Part shown: positions 28,976-43,640 of the stretch, one piece after another
Numbering within the stretch: position 1 is the first letter of the stretch
How the letters are laid out: each line of letters begins with the position of its first letter
NCBI RefSeq assembly: GCF_009914755.1
Contig: NC_060926.1
Source of the DNA: the human T2T-CHM13v2.0 reference genome, Homo sapiens
Reading direction: 5' to 3' (one strand)
DNA: 64,000 bases
Notes under the pieces: generated by a model
The model's database searches: none
What the model was told of the DNA's origin: nothing
What the model saw: the letters and a program-made list of their open reading frames with translations, nothing else
Translations under genes and position numbers: made by a program

Positions 28976-31171
28976 TATGGCCAGGAGTATACAGACAGAC
29001 TCCATCAAGCTTTCTTCCACTAAATCTGAGACCGTCAGACAAATATCTTCTTGCTTTTGGATCATAGTTACCATTAAAGCAATTCAATGATTAAGAGAGG
29101 AATTTCAGAGCTTTTTTGTTTTCTTTTGGTTAACCAAACCAACTGGATGTTTGAAAATCGGTCTCCTTCAAACCCCAAGTGCAGTTACTTCTTGGGGCAA
29201 TTGAACCACTCTTGTTTAGAACAAGGGCTCCTTAGGTAAGCATCCTGCTCCAAGTTAGGTTACGTGTATCATGGTTTCTGCTGCACAAAACAGAAACCTG
29301 ACTATGGTGGCTGAAACAAGTGGTTTATTCCCTTGAATAAGAAATCTGGATGTCGGCTCTCCAGGGTTGGCCATCCAAGGATCAGACCCCTCTTACCTTT
29401 CTGTTTGCCCTCCTTATGTCTGTTGTGTTCCAGTAAGAAAGAAAGAGGAAGAATAAAGAGGAAAAGCCAAATGCCAACTTTTTATGAGGGAAAAAATGGC
29501 TTTTCTGAGATCCCCATAAATTAGACCAATGAGATGTAAATCTCATTGGCCAGAATGACATTACATTACTACCCTGAACAGCAAGGAAGTTTAGAGAATA
29601 GAGCCTTTTAGGGGACAAACTGCTACCCACCCCAAAATTGGTCCTGTTTGCAAGGAAGAAGGGGAGAATTAATATGAAGGAGCCAGCTGGAAGTATCACC
29701 AGAATGAAAGCACCAAGCTACCTACCCTGACAGGCAGAGCACTTGTATCTTCCATATGGACATATCCAAAAAGATCAGGCATCTATACGAACACCTGTGC
29801 TCTGTCTACCCACCTGTATTGAAATGCATATATGTAACTCGTATAGCTTCCAGAGTTTCTTCTATATATAGCACTAAGCAAATTGCTTATACAGGGATTA
29901 CTCAACATTCCTGAGATCATCTAGTTATTGAGCATTTAAAGCCAACTTTCGGCATATAAAATATAAAGCACAGTGTATTCTGAAAATCTCAATTCTCATA
30001 AAATCTGAATATCCTGATCTGGAAAAACTGCTTTTGCCCAGAGCAAAAAGATTGGGAGACATCTGAATGACAAGTTTTGTCTATAATTTAGTGAGTTTCA
30101 CTCATTCATGCATTTGCACACTCCCTGAAAAGTAGAAGGATTGTCTCCCTTAGCTCGCTGTTGCTGAATCCCACTGAAACTATAGTTTTTCAGGGGGAAT
30201 TGTTGCAAAAGAGTCCACTGTGAGTTTACTGTGTACTAAATGACTTGAACTTAAGAAGCTGGGCAAGCTTCAGACATAACCTTCTCAAACAAGGCAGACG
30301 AAAGAAATGTTAACAGCAAATAAATGGGCCAGTGAAAATGAACACCTCATTCTTTCTGCAAAGGTTCAAGAGAAATAATCATTAAAGACATTGTCACTTT
30401 CCAAAGAGCTTTATTGCAATTGCATGCAAGATTTTAGTGAGGCCAGGAGAATTGAGCTGGCATCTTTCTCCCTGCCTGTGACTCAGGCCAGGTAGCTCTT
30501 TTCAATAGCACTTGTTAATCTTGTTAAATCTTAAGTACCTCTTGGTTTTATGAGCCATGCTTACTTTCCCTTCTAGCCCTCATTGACCTTGCTGTCTTTG
30601 TGTGGCTTGAATGTCATCTCATGAAAGAAGTGCACAGTTAATTCTAGAACAACATCAGGCTGAAGAGTATGTGTGTGGCCTGCATTTCAGGGTAGAAGCA
30701 GAGGATGAAGGTTCATATTGATGCCCATCAAATTCATTTTAGATCTCTCTATGACCGGATATATTTTAGAGGTTGAATTTTAGTGAGCTGGCTATTGTGT
30801 TTTTGTCTTTGTTTTTTAGAAAGGGAAAATGAATGTGTACTAAGGTTGGTACAGGTGAGTGGAAATGCATCACACATGGGAGTAGAAAATGAATTTAGTT
30901 GGTCCAGCCCCACTGGACAAAAACCTAGCAGTATAAAACTATTAGATGTGTATACCCTATGTTCCAGCAATTTCACCTCTTAGTGGTCAAATGCTTTGAT
31001 TTTTATAAGAATGTGTCCTGACTCTTTGTTGAGTATAGCATTCTACGAAAGAGCTCACCTTTTGATACTGAATCCAGCTCTTGGAAGAGACAAGTGTTCT
31101 GGAAGCAGAGGTGGCTCCCAAATGCAGTGTCTGAGGATTAAATATAAGCATTTCAAAGTCCAGAAATAGAC

Positions 31172-31455
31172 TTTTTTCCTTTTATCTTTTATTGACACGT
31201 AATAATTGTAGATATTTATGGAATATAGAGTGACATTTTGATCAGGGAAATGCAAATCAAAACCACAATGAGATATCATCTCACGCCAGTTGGAATGGCT
31301 ATTATCAAAAAGGCAAAAAAATAACAAATGCTGATGAGGATGCAGAGAGAAGGGAACTTATACAGTGTCGGTGAGAATGTAAATTAGTGCAACCACTATG
31401 GAGAACGGTCTGGAGGTTTCTCAAAAAACTAGCAATAGAACTACCATATGCTCCA
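31172..31455. mobile_element. Short L1MA insertion in two opposite-orientation pieces
   Basis: 31172-31242 is the reverse L1MA 3' terminus; 31241-31455 is forward ORF2 C-terminal sequence (gaaatgcaaatcaaaaccacaatgagata). Confidence 0.8.
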
Positions 31456-32658
31456 CCTTTTTTGTTCTCCCTGGAATATGGCTTATTTTCACTGGGTTCC
31501 ACCAACTGTGCGCAGCCGAGAAGTGACTACAGGAAGGCAGTTCAGAATCACCAAGGGGTCAGTTGGGGAATGTGCAGGATTCCAAGACTCCTCTCACTCC
31601 ACCATTGCTGCCATCCCCACAGCTAGACAATGACCCTCCACACTTATTCCTGCCTCTGCCTTCATAAGGTTTGTCAGGTTTGAGAAAACATTCTTCAATA
31701 AAATGCTAGATTTCAGAAATAAGTTATTTACTCCCTCCCCAAACACAAACTGTTTACTCCAGGAAAAGCTGTGTTCCTCTGAAACCATGCTCATTTTCCA
31801 GAGGATGGTACTAGAAATATGTTATGCTCCAGATACACTGTCTCTTCACATTCTCTTAATTTGGCTTAGTGTAATAAATGAACTTGGGTATCTACTCTAA
31901 GCAAGATCTGTTGTTGGCCTCATGAGTTCTCTTCTAGTTGGTATACATTACTTTTTAAACACCTCTGTACTTGCTTTCCTTTGTGAATTATTTATAGCAT
32001 TGTTATGCTGTGGGCTATAGGGCAAGTTTCTAAAATGGCTTTATGTGTTACGAAAATGGGCAAATGAATAAATCATGTTAAAATATCCACAAGAGAATGG
32101 AATAGAATATGTCACAAGGGAAAGAACCTGTTAACATAAGGGTCAATGATGGTGACATAATCAGCTCAGTAACAAGAATAACCTTCATTCAGATCCCAAG
32201 TAGAATCCTTTAATCCCCCTGGCTCAGAGGACACATTTGGTCTGTTGGGAAGTTTATATGTCACATTGCTGAATTTTATCCCGGCTGCCTATTTTTGCAG
32301 AGTGCTTACTACCAAGATTGTGTTCCAGCCTTTTGGACTATGCTTGATATACAAATAAAAGTAACAAGGGATTAAAACAGAATTCTTCTATTGGGCTCAG
32401 AGAGGACACTTCACCAACTCCGGAAAAAGAATTTGAAGCCAGTTAATCCCACTGGAGCTAAAAGTCTTAAGGATAATAACTTTTATTACATGAACTCTTC
32501 TAGACAAAAATAGAATTGTAAGTTAGGGGGAAATGTGTATTCTGCATCATCCAAAATAAAATTTGCCATCCTTGGATTTCTTCCTTGCCTAAGCCCAGTC
32601 TTTAGAACAAGAAGTATGATTTCACAATGTAGGAAATTATTTTAAAATATCTTTGAAA

Positions 32659-32970
32659 GCCCGGGTGCAGTGGCTTACACTTGTAATCCTAGCACTTTGA
32701 GAGGCCAAGGCAGGAGGATTGCTTGAGTCCAGGAGTTGAAGACCAGCCTGGGCAACACAGTGAGACCTCATCTCTACAAAAAATAAAGAAAATTTTAAAA
32801 GTAACATGCGTGGTGGCCCATGCATGTAGCCCCAGCTACTCAGGAGGCTGAGATGGGAGGATTGCTTGAACCCAGGAGGTCAAGGCTGCATTGAGCCAAA
32901 ATCAAACTACTGTGCTCCAGCCTGGGAACACAGCAAGACACTGTCTCAAAAATAAATAAATAAATAAATA
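32659..32970 (+). mobile_element. AluJ-type with TSD aaatatcttt(g/a)aaa
   Basis: Full Alu, (TAAA)n tail. Confidence 0.94.
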
Positions 32971-32984
32971 TCTTTAAAAGATTA

Positions 32985-33342
<358 letters not shown>

Positions 33343-34049
33343 CTACTGCCTCTAGATTTCCTCTGTCCCCCAACTTCAGTCTGAGTCCACACATTGCCAT
33401 TCTGAGGAACAGCCATATACCCACACTGAGCCCTCTCCCGCCCTCTTGGTCATGCACAGTGTTGTATTGTCTTACAGACCCTACTGAAGAGCGCCCACAG
33501 CCCACACTGCTCATGCCTGCAGAACGCCTTCCTCTCCCTTCTTCACCCTCTTTCTCATGGTGCTTCCTAATTTTCCCTCAGGTCCTTTTCTCTACTAACG
33601 CTTCACTTGCCTGGCAGAGCTCAGAGGTGGCCAGCCCCACCCTACATTTTACAACCTTTCTTCCACCTACTCACTCTCTTGTCCTAAACACTAAAGAGGA
33701 CCTTTCCTCTTCCCAGGTCATCATAAGAACCCCAGCACATACGGTCTGGTCCTGGAATTCAAGCCCAGTCATTGCACCTCAGCCTCTAGTTCTGATTCCT
33801 AGATTTTTGCAGGCAGGATTTAATATTTAAGTGCCACAGACAACCCCAAATTATCACCTTTTGATGTCGTTCTTAATACATGCACCAGATCAGGCAAACA
33901 CACACACACGCACACACCACCTTACAAAGAACTAAATAAAAAACTGAAGCACTGATGTGAGTGCACTTTACAACGTCAAAGTGTAGTGCCAATATTGCTG
34001 TCATTATTATTATTAGGCTACCCTTAACCTTCTTTACGAAGTAATAAGA

Positions 34050-34680
34050 CAGCATAGCTGAGTAGTTAACAGCTCTGATTCTAGAGCCACACTGCCTGGG
34101 TTAAATCCCAGCTCTGCTATCTGACCTAGTTTGGGAAGTTACCTAATTTCTCTGTACGTCAGTTTTTTCATCTGTAAAATGGGAGTAATAAAAGGACCTA
34201 CCTCATAGGGTTGTTACAAGGGTCAAATGAATTAACATTTGAGCAGATACAGAGATGCAATCCCCACATTCCACTTCAAGGAAGAACTCACTGCTCAATT
34301 GCAGGGACTATGGTCAGCAGACACCCTCCCCCTAGCTCTCAGCAACTCCAGTTTGGCTCAGCTGCAGAAGAGCTGCCTTGCCTCAAGCTGTGCTCTTCCT
34401 TGCTGGGGGCGGGGGGCAGGGCACATTCGGTGACTGAGTGAGGTGGGGGCCTGATGCAGGACACTCTGCCAGATTGGCTGAGGTTTTGCTGAGCCTACGT
34501 TGCAGTTCGACTTCTTCCTGCTTTCCCTTCAAAGGTGTTAATCCCTAATAAGCATCTCACACCCTGAACTCTGTTTCAACTACTGCTTCCAGAGAACCCA
34601 ATCTGTGGCGGTATTTGTCAAGTACTTAGAAAAGTACCTAGCACATAGTGAACACTACACAGTGCTTGTTAAATAAAATT
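34050..34680 (+). mobile_element. MIR split by an LTR16-family LTR (about 34240-34610)
   Basis: MIR core 34050-34240 resumes at about 34612 (aagtacttagaaaagtacctagcacatagt). Insert ends ccctaataag...tgcttccagagaacccaatctg. Confidence 0.75.
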
Positions 34681-35169
34681 AAGTAAGTAATCTGGAAAAG
34701 GTAGCACTTCCATTGCTCATCCCTCTTACAGAAGATGTCAGAGTTAATGTTTGGCATTAGGGATATTAGGTTACTCTAAAGAGCCTGAGAGTTGACCTAA
34801 TCAAGATGAGGAAACAATAATACCACTAATATAGACATTATATTGCTATGTTTGTGCTTTAGGATTTTTTTCACTATTATCTTTTCTGTGCTTGACCTTA
34901 CAAATTCCATTTTTTATTGCTTACAAGGGTATTTTCTGACATTTTAAATTTAGGTTCAACAATTTTGGCTAATATTTAACATGAACTTACATAAAATCCA
35001 TATGCTGTCTAGACTTGAGCCTTCTCAATGGTGGGAAGGACACCTAAGGGGAATTGTTCTGAGACCGTGAAACAGGAGGTCAGTAAGTGAATTCCAGCCT
35101 TGGGACCCTGGAGTCCTCAACAGCTATGAGGTTACATATCATCTGCAGATCTGTGGCCATGCATTATTC

Positions 35170-35725
35170 ATCAACTCATCTATTCACTCATTCATTCAAA
35201 CAACAAATCTTCATGCCTAATTCTCACAGTCATGAAAAAGACAAGATTCTGTGCTCAGGGATCTTACCTTCTGGGGTGGAAAGGCCACACCAGGTAATAA
35301 ACAAGACAACTGGAGATGGAGATAAATACTGTGCAGATGAGGATGCAGTAAAAGGCCCTGGTTAGGGCTGCATTAGGGAAGGCTTCTCCCAGGAGGTGAC
35401 ATCTGAGCTAAGGATTTAAGGATGAAGAACCTGACAAGTGTTTGGGGAAGCACATTCCAGGTAGGGGGAACAGCAAATGCAAAGGCCCTAAAGCATGAGC
35501 ACGCTTGGCTGCTGGAAGAACACCAGGGAGGCCAGTTTTCACTCAAGAGTGGGGAGCAGGAGAGAGCATGGCCCCCAGGTAAAGTTGGAGAGGCAGGTCC
35601 AGCTCCTACAGGGCCTTGAAGGTCATGGAAAAGGAATTCGGGATTTCATTCTAAATACCAAGAGAATCCAACAAGTGATTTTAAGGAGGGTTGACATTAC
35701 ACAATTTATGTTTTTAAAAGACCAT
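35170..35725 (-). mobile_element. LINE-2 3' fragment
   Basis: tcattcattcaaacaacaaat start; agggaaggcttctcccaggaggtgacatctgagct; acagcaaatgcaaaggccct. Confidence 0.8.
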
Positions 35726-35727
35726 GC

Positions 35728-36085
<358 letters not shown>

Positions 36086-37135
36086 TTACTTACTATAAGG
36101 TGTAGATACTCTCTGATTCCTGGGTGATGCTCTATTTTAGCATTGTGTAATAATTACTAATGGCTTTGGGGTGAGCCTGTGGCTGTTTTATGATCTTCTA
36201 TTAGAACATTGAGAATAAACAACATTGTGGACTAAAATCATTGTTAGACCTGAAAAAACACACGTCCTGCTCATAATCAGCAATTCTGCCCATCCTCTTT
36301 TCTCTGAAGCTTATTCCTTCTCATTTCTATTAATATATCACCTGGCATGGGATAATCTATATAAATCATCTAGTGCCAACCCTTAGTTTTAACTTATCCA
36401 GAATAATTGTTAGCTATATCACCTTGGCTTGAAATGAGATGACACTCATTTTTCTGTCCGTCCTCGCTATAGCACCAGTCAGTCAACAATAACTAAAAGA
36501 GAAAAGGAGGCACAGTGGCCTCCTGAAAGACAGGAACTTACCTACTCCTGCTTCCAAAGAAGGATCATATAGAAATGGTATGTGTTTATTGGATCTTAAT
36601 TTTCTCTTTCAGGCTGGGTGAGGATCTACTCAGTAAATCTAGCCTACAAAAGACAGGCTATAGAGGAAGAACCTGCTCAGGAGGATGGAGGAAGCCCAGA
36701 TCTACTGGAAGGAGTGGGGAGGTGTCTGAAGGGCCAGGAATGACAAGGGCCAACCTGTCCAGGTGAGAAGAGCGGGTTACTATGGAAACAAGCCATTTTG
36801 TATTATTAAGTGATAGATGCACTAGGTGGGCAGAACTGGCTGGGATCTGTTGCATGTGGGAAGATTCCACCTTACTGTCAAGGAGAACACCTGTTAGCAG
36901 AGAAAGTGAGAAAGCACCACAGGGTAGAAATTTAATATTTGTATCTCTGCCTGAGTCATCTCAAAAAAAGAAAAAAGATATGAGGTTCTTCTCTTCCTCA
37001 CGATGGAGTTTTCCCTGGCATTACACTGATGGGATCAAAATCAAGCCCAGACAGCTGCTTTGTGTTCTCTCCCCAAGTTACTTTTGTTTATTCCTGGTAA
37101 TTAAAATGAGGATTGGCTTTTAGGAAAAGCTGAAA

Positions 37136-38199
37136 CCTCAGCAAAAACAAAACAAAACAAAATAAAATAAACAAACAAAAAATACAAATCCCATTAAAAA
37201 GTGGGCAAAGGACATGAATAGACATTTCTCAAAAGAAGACATATGAATGGCCAACAGGTATATGAAAAAATGTTCAACATCACTCATCATCAGGAAAATG
37301 CAAATCAAAACCACAAGGAGGTATCATCTTACCCCAGTTAGAATAGCTATTACTAAAAAGAAAGAAATGACAAATGCTGGCAAGGTTTTGGAGAAAAGGG
37401 AACTCTTATACACTGTTGGTGGGAATGTAAGTTAGTACAGACATTATGGAAAACAGTATGGAGAGTTCTCAAAAAAAAAAAAACAAAAAACTCTGCAAAT
37501 AGAACTACCATAAAATCCAGTAATCCCACTTCTAGGTATTTATCCAAAGGAAAGGAAATCAGTATATCAAAGAGATACCTGCACTCCTATGCTTATTGCT
37601 GCACTATACACAATAGCAAAGACATGAAGCAACCTAAGTGTCCATCAATGGATGAATGGATAAAGAAAATGTGGTATATAAACACAATGAAATACTACTT
37701 GGCCACAAAAAACAGTTGAATCATATCATTTCCAGCAACATAAATGGAACTGGAGATCGTTATGTTAAGTGAAATAAGACAGGCACAGAATGACAAATAT
37801 CACATATTTTCACTCATATGTGGGAGCTAAAAGAGTTGATTTCATGGAGGTAGAAAGTAGAAGGATTGTTACCAGAGGCTGAGAAGGGTGTGAGGGAGGC
37901 AGGGGATGAAGAGGGATTGGTTAACAGGTACGAACATACAGTTAGATAGAAGGAATAAGTTCTAATGTTCAATAGTAGAGTTGGGTGACTATAGTTAGCA
38001 ATAATGTATTCTATATTTCAAAATAGCGAAAAAAGAGAACTTGAGATGTTCCCAACACACAGAAATGATAAATACTCGAGGTGATGGATACCCTAAAGAC
38101 CTTGACTTGATCATTACACATTCTATGCCTGTAACAAAATATCACATGAACCCCCATAAAAATGTGCAAATAATACATAACAATTAAAATTAAAATTTA
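37136..38199 (+). mobile_element. 5'-truncated L1MA with 11-bp TSD aaaagctgaaa
   Basis: ORF2 C-terminus [32 protein letters not shown] plus L1MA 3' UTR; TSD at 37125-37135 and 38200-38210. Confidence 0.95.
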
Positions 38200-38235
38200 A
38201 AAAGCTGAAATTTCCCCTCTCCACTTTACCCCACC

Positions 38236-38237
<2 letters not shown>

Positions 38238-38270
<33 letters not shown>
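38238..38270 (+). repeat. (CA)16 microsatellite
   Basis: Read directly. Confidence 0.96.
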
Positions 38271-38272
<2 letters not shown>

Positions 38273-40548
38273 CAATCTTTTAAAAAGTCGTGCCAGCCCA
38301 AAGCCTCCTGAATTTATACAGTTTGAACTAATTATCAGGTTTCAGAGAAGCACTGAACCAACAAAGGCCAATAATGTGAATGAATGAAATGTGCTGAGTT
38401 GAATCAATGTAGACTGTCAATGTGAATTTCTTCTTCGGTTTAAAACATTTTCTTCAACTCTTAATCTTTCTCTATGGGATAATCATTTGAACAATTCAGG
38501 CCTGAAATCAACATGTACCAGAAAAACTGGATTTAGATGGAAATCATATTACCTAAATGGAGGTGGGATGCAACGAGCCCCTGAATTGAAAGCATTTCAT
38601 TTTGATTTTCTGGGCTCTGTTGCCATGTTGGCAAGGGAGCTCCTACATCCACTCTGAATATGTCACATGGAAGAGGCATTGTGCAGGGGAGGAATCTATG
38701 ATATGAGGCTAGCAGAGATATCCTTAGGAAATATGTATCTAAGAGGAGGGCAAGTATTTTAAGTGCAAGTAATGCATGTGGTCGTTTTTGCTCTTTTAAA
38801 AAAACTAAAAATTATCATAATGGCAACTAAAACAGAGCATAGCTCAATAAATTGTTCTTGAATAAATAAATGAAGTATGCTTTCTCTCAGTCACCTTGGG
38901 CAATCAAATTTGGATGCCAGGTTTAAATTCCCAGGTCTCTTCTGGTTGGTGGTTTGCTCAGAAGCTGTGCTGTTAACCCATACTCTGTGTAGTTCACCTT
39001 TGAAAAAATCCAGAAATCTGTGTCATCCAAATATGTTTCCTCCAAAAATCAAATGACCACCTGGCAACATGCCTCCTGGGTTTTCCTCCCCATTAGTCAG
39101 GATTTCCAAATGACTGCTAAATCCAAATCTTGGTCTTCTTCCACCCAGCCAAGCCAGGCAAGTTTCCATGAAACTACAAAACTAAGAAGCCCTTTATGCC
39201 ACTTGACAACAAGAAAATAAAATCACAGAGGCGGTAAAGAGGAGAACTATAAACGAGCAAATGAAAACAGAAATGACAAGCATAATGAGAGAGCATAATT
39301 AGGCCTGGAGCACCGCCACACAGGCCTGTCACATTCCTGATGGGTAAAAGATTGGCTGACCACAGACCCGCCTGTTGGAATTGCCAAAGGTGAGGCTGGA
39401 GAGAAGGCTCAGAAGCACATGGTTGACTCTTTATACACAAAAAGCTCCACTGGAAAGAGTGTTAAAATATCTCATTCACACTGTCAGTTCCAAATGCTGG
39501 AAGCAAGGGTTCTGTTTCCCTGGACAGCGCGCATTCCACTTCTCCATTGGCCAGGCTTTCTGTTCTAGGGAGGACTTCTCAGACACGTAAAGGGTCCACG
39601 GTGACATTCCCCGGGGCTTGAAGCAGAGCATACCTTTGAAGCCTTGAGCTCCTCCTGGGAATGCGTTCATTATTCTCTTCTTAAGCTGGAGATTTTCTGA
39701 AATCAATCCTTTCTGCACTAAGTAATTAAAACACAAGCAGAAGGCTCATTCTAGTCTCCTCATAAATAAACCAAAAATAAGTGAAATGTTGGAACTGGCA
39801 TTGACTGCCAAGTTTTATGGCTGTCCCCTAATTACTTTGGTACAACACACATTTGTGTGTGTCTAAAATAATTATTTGATAACCATGACCATAGTTCCTA
39901 AAATAATTAAGAACCATAATCACATTGTGAAATATAGAAATACAGCCTGATAAATGTTTGCCCTCCTACCTAAGTAGGTAAACAAAAGGATGCTGAGTTT
40001 GTGTATTTTGCTGCCTACATGAATATTGATCATGAGCGGACTGGCCTGAAAAAGCAATTATGCAGAACTGAAAGCTTGAATGGACCTGTAACACTGTGCA
40101 GTGTCTTATTCCTCAAAGTGGAATACCACCATCCTTTGAGAGCTGGGGTGAGGAGGGAGTCAAAGCTGCAGGGTAAACAAGATAAACATTTGGGATGCTG
40201 TACTATAGGTAAAGGCGTGGGGAGCACATTATGTCCACATCAAAATAAACATGGCAATATTATGGAACAGAATGCACAATGCACACAAATCTCTCAATAT
40301 TACAAAGACATTTTGATCTGGCAGCTACACCCACAGGGTCCCTCATGGGTCATCCTTCAGTTTAGAGGTTCTTTGTGGAATCATTTGCAAAGTGCTCCTA
40401 GGTAATCAGGAAGCAATGACTTGCCAAATAAAAAGGAAGGTGTTTCTGATGTGCATGTATCAAATCTAGATTTGACTGGAAAAAATTTCATATCATATAC
40501 ATAAATATGGATAATAGGAATCTTAAGGAACCTTCTAGATCATTGGTT

Positions 40549-41063
40549 GTTACAGGGTGAAAACTGGCTTCCCTCTACCCTTGTAGGTTCCTTGGCTGGA
40601 CTATGAATTAATTTGACATAAGACAGGTTAACAGGAGGAAAACATTTTAATTACATACATACACACGGGAGTCCCACACATTATGAGACTCCAAAGGGTC
40701 AGATGGTTGGAGCTCATATAGTATCCTGAGCTACAGAAAGGAATAGGGCTTAGGGCTTCAAGAGGATGGTGGCAACGTAAGTTGTGGGAGGGTGAAAGTA
40801 CGAACGTATGGTGAATAAAGGTCATCTTGTTATGTAGATAAAGTCACCCAGAAAATAAAAGTTGTCTGGAGCAGCCCTCTTCATGATGCAGATACTGTAT
40901 TAGATTTCCTTTATAGATATACATTTCTTTTACAAAAGGACAGCTTTTCCAGCTGCAGTTTCTTAGAATAATCAGCTCAAAATATGCCAAAGAAGTATAT
41001 TTTGGGGTGCCATATTCTAGCCTCCTACAGTTACATTTTGGGGTAGTGTATCCTGAGCCTCAA
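40549..41063 (-). mobile_element. ERV1 solo LTR (MER34-like)
   Basis: aattgacataagacaggttaacaggag-like and aaatatgccaaagaagtatattttggggtg motifs. Confidence 0.6.
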
Positions 41064-41255
41064 CTGGGGACAATTTGTGCCTTCCCTTCCAAGAGGGGCA
41101 TTTGTCAATATCTAAAGACATTTTTGGTTGTCACACTAGGAGGGGGAAGTGCTATTTGCATCTAGTGCTCAACGTCTTCTAACACATCAGACAGCCCCCC
41201 ACAAAAAAGGGTTTCCTAGCCTAAAATGTCACTACTGTGAGGAGAAACCCTGCTT
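41058..41255 (+). mobile_element. MER20 hAT-Charlie element (its first bases probably at 40541-40548, split by the LTR)
   Basis: ctcaactgggg...gacatttttggttgtcaca...gagaaaccctg. Confidence 0.75.
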
Positions 41256-42719
41256 TAGAAAATGTGTATATACACACCGATAGAAAATGAGTGGTCTGTA
41301 AGTTCAAGTTGGGCCTTGGGATCATGGCCCATAGGAGGCCTCAGATGGCAGGCATGGTGGAAGGGATGGAGGCACGTGCCTCTCTGGACCAAGGCACAGA
41401 CGAAAGGCAGCCTCTGGGAGCAGGGGTTCAGTTCAGCTGGTTGCCACACCAGAGAGAAGAGTGGGATTAGAATTCAGGCCACAAACAGAGCTGCAGTGTG
41501 GTCTTCGAAGACTTGTTGTTGTAGTTCTGCAGCAGTTGCTGCTATGCATATGCTTAGGGATATGCCACCTCCTTCAGAAAGTGGCCTTAATCCTCCAAAT
41601 GGGAGTGAATCTCCCCACATCAGTGCTCAGGCTGTGGGTCTGAGGCCTTTATTATCTTACCCACTAATACATCCTGCCATTATGTCCCAGAGTAGACGGT
41701 AAGTTTCCTGAGGATGAGACTCATGCATTTTCACCTATCTCCATAGTACCACGGCATGTAGCAATACTGATAAAATAGTTGCTGAATTGTCATCAATATT
41801 TATTCTTCCTCCCAATATTAGAAATTCCATGTGCATACATTTGAACAAAACATATAAAATGTTAAGGTAAAAAGGAAGTAATCTACTATTTTCTTCTGGA
41901 AAAATCATTTAGCAAAGCCCATCTTCAAAGATTTGTTTGTACTTTTTTTCAAAGCTAATAATCTGTTTGACTGCCTTCCCCACTTCTTTAACGTTTTTAG
42001 TAGTTTCCAGTGGTAACATGGTTCATCTTGAAATTTAACTACTGCATTTCATAAATGGGTCCCAATTTGGTTAATGTTTTTACACACAAATACCTATAAT
42101 CAAAGCATGGAGCAAATTTTGCCTATTCTTTGCTATACAACTCAAAAAAGAATTTTTTAAGCTCTATAATTCATTAGTTTGCTAATGGCTTTTCCCCATA
42201 AGAGATAGTTTGACCCTGCTCAACTTTTAGTTACAGCAAAAAAACTCATTCAGGCTTTCTCTCTGCTCTTCATATTCAAAATAAACCATTCTATAGACTG
42301 AGAAGGAATCAAGCACTTTTGGAATAAAAGGCAATTTTCCATGATAAAACATTCTGAGCACGTTTAGTACCTTCCTATTCTTTACATTCCTAAAATGTAA
42401 GAAACTCATCTCCAGCAATCCAAATATCTTAAACTCCACTTACAAAACAAATCAAAGGGTTATTCTTCGCCCTACAAAAGCACTTATCAAAAGATTCAAC
42501 CCAAGATTATTTTCATTCAGCAGCACCTACTCTCAAACCCATTTCAATTTAGATAGTATTTACACAGCTTTTCATGAACCAGAGCTTTCTAAGAGCTAAG
42601 AGGGAATGATGAATGAGTTCTGCCCCTTAATTCTGCAAGTGAGGAAACTGAGGCTCAGAAGACCATATGAACTCTCCAAGCTGCAGGATAACAGCTGGGA
42701 CTTATCAAGGGCCCAGGGC

Positions 42720-43640
42720 TTCTCACATCTTCACCACTTCCACCATGTCAAGGCCACCATCACGTCTTGTTTGGAATGCTATAGGAATCTCCTAGGTCCC
42801 ATTTTTACCCTCCCTCCTATCATCCACCCTCTCTCCAAAGGCCACTCCATACAGCAGCATGTGGATGAATCTACAATAGAAGGCAAACTATGTCCCTCCT
42901 TTGCTCAGAAACTTTTAATATCTTCCTATTTCCCCATGTAAAAGCCAATCCTCAACCACAGTGTAGAAGGGCTATCCATTTCTAGCTACACATCTCCTCA
43001 GTCACTGCCCCCAGCCCCAGTACTTGGGGACTTTGCCCTTGCAGTTCCCTGTGCCAGCAAACTCTTCCTCCAGATGTCCACATGACTCACCCCCCTCCTT
43101 CAGGGGTCTTCTCAAATGTCACTTTACCAGAGGTGGCTTCCCTGACCATCCTGTATAAATAGCATCACCCTACCTCCTATCTCTCTCTCTACTGGCTTTT
43201 TAATTATTTTTATTATTATTGAGACAGGTTCTCACTCTGTCACCCAAGCTGCAGTAGAGTGGTGAGATCACAGCTCACTGCAGCCTTGACCTCCTGGCTT
43301 CAAGTGATCCTCCCACCTCAGCCTCCCAAGTAGCTGGGACTACAGGTGCACACCACCACACCCAGCTAATTTTTTTTTTTATTTTTGTAGAGACAGAGTC
43401 TCTCTGTGTTGCCCAGGCCTGTCTCAAACTCTTGGCCTCAAGTGATCCTCTTGCCTCAGCCTCCTATATTGCTGGGATTATAGGCATGAGCCACCGCACC
43501 TGGCCTTATTACTTTTTCCTAACACTTTTGTCACCCGACATATTTTGTTTATTGATTTCCTTTGCCCACTAGAATGTAAGCTCAGCAAAAAAGTAGCCTG
43601 CTGGATCCCCAGTGCCTGGTATACAGCAGGCACTCAGTAT
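42720..43640 (+). mobile_element. LINE-2 3' region with nested Alu
   Basis: ctcaaatgtcact...ttccctgaccatcct; actagaatgtaagctc; cccagtgcctgg...caggcactcagta. Confidence 0.75.
43200..43505 (-). mobile_element. AluJ-type
   Basis: Full reverse Alu. Confidence 0.93.
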
